In this document: positions 13,801-64,000 of the stretch, piece after piece
Layout of the letters: each line of letters starts with the position of its first letter
How positions within the stretch are numbered: the first letter of the stretch is position 1
Origin: Lingula anatina
Lineage: Eukaryota; Animalia; Brachiopoda
Assembly: GCA_051362555.1 (NCBI GenBank)
Contig: CM120641.1
Span: 33,114,401-33,178,400 of the forward strand
Direction: 5' to 3'
Length of the DNA: 64,000 bases
The notes under the pieces: model-generated
Database searches by the model: none
What the model was told of the DNA's origin: nothing
Seen by the model: the letters and a program-made list of their open reading frames with translations, nothing else
Program-made: the position numbers and the translations under genes

Positions 13801-16800
13801 AAGACTTACTTTGCATCTTGAGCACTTTTTTTAAACCAAAAATCTACCCCTTGGAACTTTATCACAAAAGCACTTTAACCAGAAATTGGCCGTAATTTTT
13901 TAAAACCAAAATTGAAGTCTTTTTTTGACACATGATAAATCATTACTGGTAGTTGTCCAATTTAATGAAATAGTGCTCCTTTTTGGTTACATTGAAAGAC
14001 ATAGCTAGTGTTTTAGACAAATGTTTGCTTTATGTAAGTGTACTTCTTTTGATATTTCTTTAACTGAAGAAAGCACATTTTAAGTCTGAATGTTTTCTGC
14101 TCAAGTTCTTTGGTAAAGCTTGCCAACTGCTGGGGTCATTCACTGTTTAGGGCTAAATTAGCCCTTATGTGAGCACAGCCAGTATATACAGACCCAGTGG
14201 AAATACTTGGTGTGCCTGAGGTGAAGACTGATAATGAAACCTAGTCACAGTAGAATGCCTGAGTCAGAGAACGAGATTACATTGTTGATTTAGTACTCAA
14301 CTAGTATCTTCTTTAAGAGACACATTCTTTGCATAGGTAGTTCACTAGTAAACGTCCTTAGTCTTAAAAGTGTTAATTAAAATGTTTGTCATTTGTTCTC
14401 AAAACAGACACGAAACTTGATTCCATTTCAGATTCATTGTCAATCCAATGCAGGTAGAATATTGATAGGTATAGTGAGAAGGAGCAGTGCCATTTCTTTA
14501 ATGAGTTCAGGTGTTTGGTAGCAGTGAAATTCATTTCAGTCTGAATGGCCCTACTTCTTATAATAATACTGCAGGGATTTAAACTAGTCATGGCCGATTA
14601 CCATATTGTAAGGTGTCAATATCAAAGAGGTGCTATCTGGATAGCATACCAGTCAGCAAGAATAAACAGAAATATGATGAGAGAACAGTTGAATAAATTC
14701 TTTTTCCAAATTCCTTGCCCAGTGAAGAATGGCATTGTTGTTTACTGAGCCAACAAATATTTGCCGGATGAATATTAACATTTCAATTATTTTGACCAAT
14801 TTCACAAAACATTCACAAAACCAATAGTGTGTTGTCACACCCCCGTATGTCCTTTAGAGATTGGCATAATAGCACTGGGCTCTGTTTACTTTTGCAGGGA
14901 GTTGTCCTTTGCTCTGAAACTTCTATTGATTGGTCTGTATGCAAATACTTTACACATTTTATACAGTGATTGACTATAGAATTTAGCACACAGGTATAAT
15001 GTCCATTCAGCCACGCTGCACCTTCGACCCTGTGACTTAACACTGTACATATATACCCAGGTAGCCACGTGCTGTGTATAGATAGTATAGATAACGGGAT
15101 TCATAAAGTTTAGAATAACAATGAATCATTTGAAAAGCATATTATGTAGCGACTTAATAGGGAGAAGTCAGGTGAGTTTATTAGGAATAATATTAATGTT
15201 AATGGCGCAGTAGTTGTGCATTTGAGTGAAGCATATCTGTGATTCATTGAACCGCAAATATCTTGCCAGGCGACCTGCCTATTGTTCATGTGCACTATTC
15301 GACAAGTGTGTTTATATATATGTAGGACTTCATAATCTATAGGAGATTTTCTGCAAAGTGAAGGATTATTCAGGATCATTATCTAAATAAAACTCAAAGT
15401 TATTTATTTTCTGTTTAGTTATATAACGTCAGAAGTATTAGATACAGAAGAGCAATGATAAAAGTTGAGATTTGTCGTGGGTGCTTAGCAGCTCAACGGA
15501 CCAAGGTGTTTCTGTAAGATCCTAATCTTGCTGCTACTGCTTGCATCAAACAAGACATACAAGATAAGTTTGGGTTGCTGCTGCTTACTGTACAATTTTA
15601 GACCTGTCCTGTTTTTGATATACTGTGGTGACCACAAATGACACACACAGGAGTAATATATTATGGTATTTTTTATGGATTCTTTGCCACACCTGGCAGT
15701 ACCAGTGATGATTGAGGTTCATAAATAGGGGAAGAGATCTTTATTTTATTATTTGACTATATATTCTTGCATTTAAACTTAATTTATTTCATTTTATTGA
15801 ATTAAAGTTTTGTATTAAGTTTTTTTTTTTTAAGTTTTTTTTTTCACATCATGGCTTCACATTTTATTGATGTGGATGGGTTTTGATGTGTTGTGATGAG
15901 TGAAACCTCAGCATTTACACTGTCATTGAAATTCATTTGAGTCTTCTCTTGTTATTGATCTCCTGAAAGAAACAACAGTGATGTTTGGAATGTTTTCCTG
16001 ACTTCACAACTTGAATTGTTGGGTAACAATGAAACTACGTTGCCCAATTCAGGTTAACCTAGCTTATTCAAAAGAGTGCTTTCCAGCCTTGAATGAATTT
16101 AACTGCCACATTATTCATAAGTGGTTTCTAGGCATGTATGAGTTCAAGGGACCTTTAAGCGATTGGAAATAATTTCGACGAGGTTGAGATATGTGAGAAA
16201 ATGTTATCACCTGACACAGCTCTTTTGGTAAACACTGCATGGAATCATAAATTGAAACTACTAAGTATGCTGAAATTGCTCTAGTTTGATTAGATAACTG
16301 CTTTCTTGGTAGAATGGTTCAGGTGTAATCGTGGACACATTGCTCAGTTTCTGTGAGACAAGGCTACTTGACAGCACAGCACTGGGAGGGCCTCGAGGGT
16401 GTGGCTCTTCAAAAAGTGCACTTGGGTTCCTGTTAAAGCAGCCTAAATTGGCACACTTTAAATTTGTTTGATAAATAATGGACCATATTATATAAATAGG
16501 TTCAGTAGTGAGAAAATCAACACTTAGTCCTTCTTGAGTGGAACAAGCAGAAATTATGGTGTCTTACAATAGGTGGTATTGGATGGCAACTACTAGCACA
16601 AGCACTGATAAAGAAATAAAACCTTTGTTAATAATTATTTTATTCTCAGGTCTCATGCTTTGGGTGATTATAACCTGTCCAATTAATACTCTCTACCAGG
16701 CAGAATTGTTCAAATCTATAACCTGCTGAGCTTTGTGTAATAGAGGATATAGTTTCTTATCTGCCAGGCCCCACTAGAGGCTAATTTCTCTCTCTTCACC

Positions 16801-18383
16801 TTGATTTGGATGAATTATAATGAGCTAACGGACCTGTGCTGGGTCAGTGGTTAAACCCATTGGTGTTAGGCAGTTTAATCTTGAAGGTATGTTGCTTGGT
16901 GAATTATAATCTATAAGATTCTCTTTTGTCTTGTGTGTAATATATGGGAGTGCTAAATTATCATTTGTGATAAGATGTGTCATTTAAGTTTACTTTGGGT
17001 GAATAGTAATAGTGATATATATATAGAATTACTGTGGAGACTTTTGATAAAAATTAAAAAAAAAAAAAAACGATAATTTTACTTATAGTATTTTTAAATT
17101 AGTGTCTCAATAAAGTAACATATTCAACACTGTATTTCTCTCATATGTATTCTATGTATGTCAGTTATTTACAGCACCATGGTAAATAAGGTGACTCCTG
17201 TCTGAGTTCATGGAAAATTGTGTAGACTGATCAAAGATTATCATACATTGTTACTGTTTTTATGTAAAAATAGACACCAAAAAACCTAAGAGATGCATTT
17301 AAATGATCTGTCCTTCTTTGCCTCTTTATATAAAATCTGTAAGGCAAAACTTGTATAAAAAGTTTATTAAAATGGAATTTTAAGACTTTCATTTACATCC
17401 AGGGAATTAACACCATTAAATGAGGGTAGAATAAGAACACTTTAGATTACTAACATGATATAAGATGAACAAGATAACCAAAAAGACATAAAATAGAATT
17501 AATTAATAACTTGTGGGAATAAGAAAAGTGCACAAAGAAATGATTAACTGTTAAACTACCTTATATCTTATCATAACACTGTGGATTTAGGCCTTGAAAT
17601 TCAAATCGAGTGAGGGGAAAGTGGTGATTGCACCTGGAATAAATTTTAAGTGCCAATTTGGAAAGCAGTGCACTGGAGAGATTATATCATCCAGCAGTTT
17701 AAGTGCACTGAGCCGATTTGTAAATAACAGCAATTTTTGAAGATAATCTGTGTTACAGCAGGAGAGAGGACTGTTAACTAGCCAAGTTATGTATGTGTGT
17801 GAATATTACTGATACTGTATGAAGCAGGGGCCTGCTTCAATGAGCCTGCCTGTATGAAGAGAAAGGACAAAATGGGGAAACTCTGTGGGATGCATTTCTC
17901 GAAAAATTTCAGTTGATGGCGAAATTTACATGATAACCTCATATAGACTAAATGGAAGGGTTACATATATTGATTCAAGAATATATTTATATAATTTATA
18001 TATTTTTATATAGTGTGAATTTTAATAATTGAAATTGCCTAATGTAACCACAGATTGGAAATTAATGTTACTGACAATCTTTCTTTGTTAATAATGAGCT
18101 TGTGACAGTAAAAATTTGTGTTAAGATTTTTCATACTGAGCTCTATAGTAGTGTACTGAAAGTAACTTGCTCAGCATAAGCTGTTCATTCCTGGTCAGTG
18201 AAAAAAATATATGAATTATGGTCTTGCTGATCAAAAAGTCTGGTTTCCAGTTAACTCTGCAGTTCATTGTGAATTTTTCCTCTTTTTTCAGCAGAAATAT
18301 GATATCCTAAAGTGATAGTATGGACACACTTCAATAATGAGAAAGATGACTATCCTGCACTGACAATATTTTGATGAACAAGA

Positions 18384-64000
<45,617 letters not shown>

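Noticed and set aside
15419-15570. Possible decayed alternative signal-peptide exon (acceptor, ATG ATA AAA, KILILLLLLAS, AAG|ATAAGT)
   Set aside because: The ATG is out of frame with the Leu run, there is an in-frame TAG, the donor lacks GT and the phase is wrong; could be chance

Overview
AT-rich, intron-rich animal genomic DNA, probably invertebrate; the repeat content is mollusc-like, but that assignment is an inference. Most of the window is one + strand gene for a very large cadherin-related membrane protein. I traced 53 shared coding exons (18384-55825) by GT-AG sites with consistent phases. They give a signal peptide, about 26 cadherin (EC) repeats with a PCDH15/Cad99C/CDHR5-like N-terminus, a Thr-rich linker, a furin-type RLRR site, a membrane-adjacent domain, a TM helix and an NPxY motif. 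At least three alternative cytoplasmic tails follow. Tail A (56466-57939) carries tandem YEQI/ITIM-like repeats. Tail B is built from micro-exons and ends in a PDZ ligand. Tail C is acidic and polyproline-rich and runs off the window. One exon carries a five-copy in-frame 54-bp duplication of its own splice donor. Introns and the upstream region hold a 5'-truncated R4/Dong-like retrotransposon with a complex 5' junction, a 3.2-kb foldback element with satellite arms nested in a Helentron-like element, a TIR element with a RecQ-helicase remnant, several MITEs and microsatellites. A probable first exon of a - strand gene with uORFs lies near 5.3-5.7 kb. All exon calls were read by eye and need RNA-seq confirmation.
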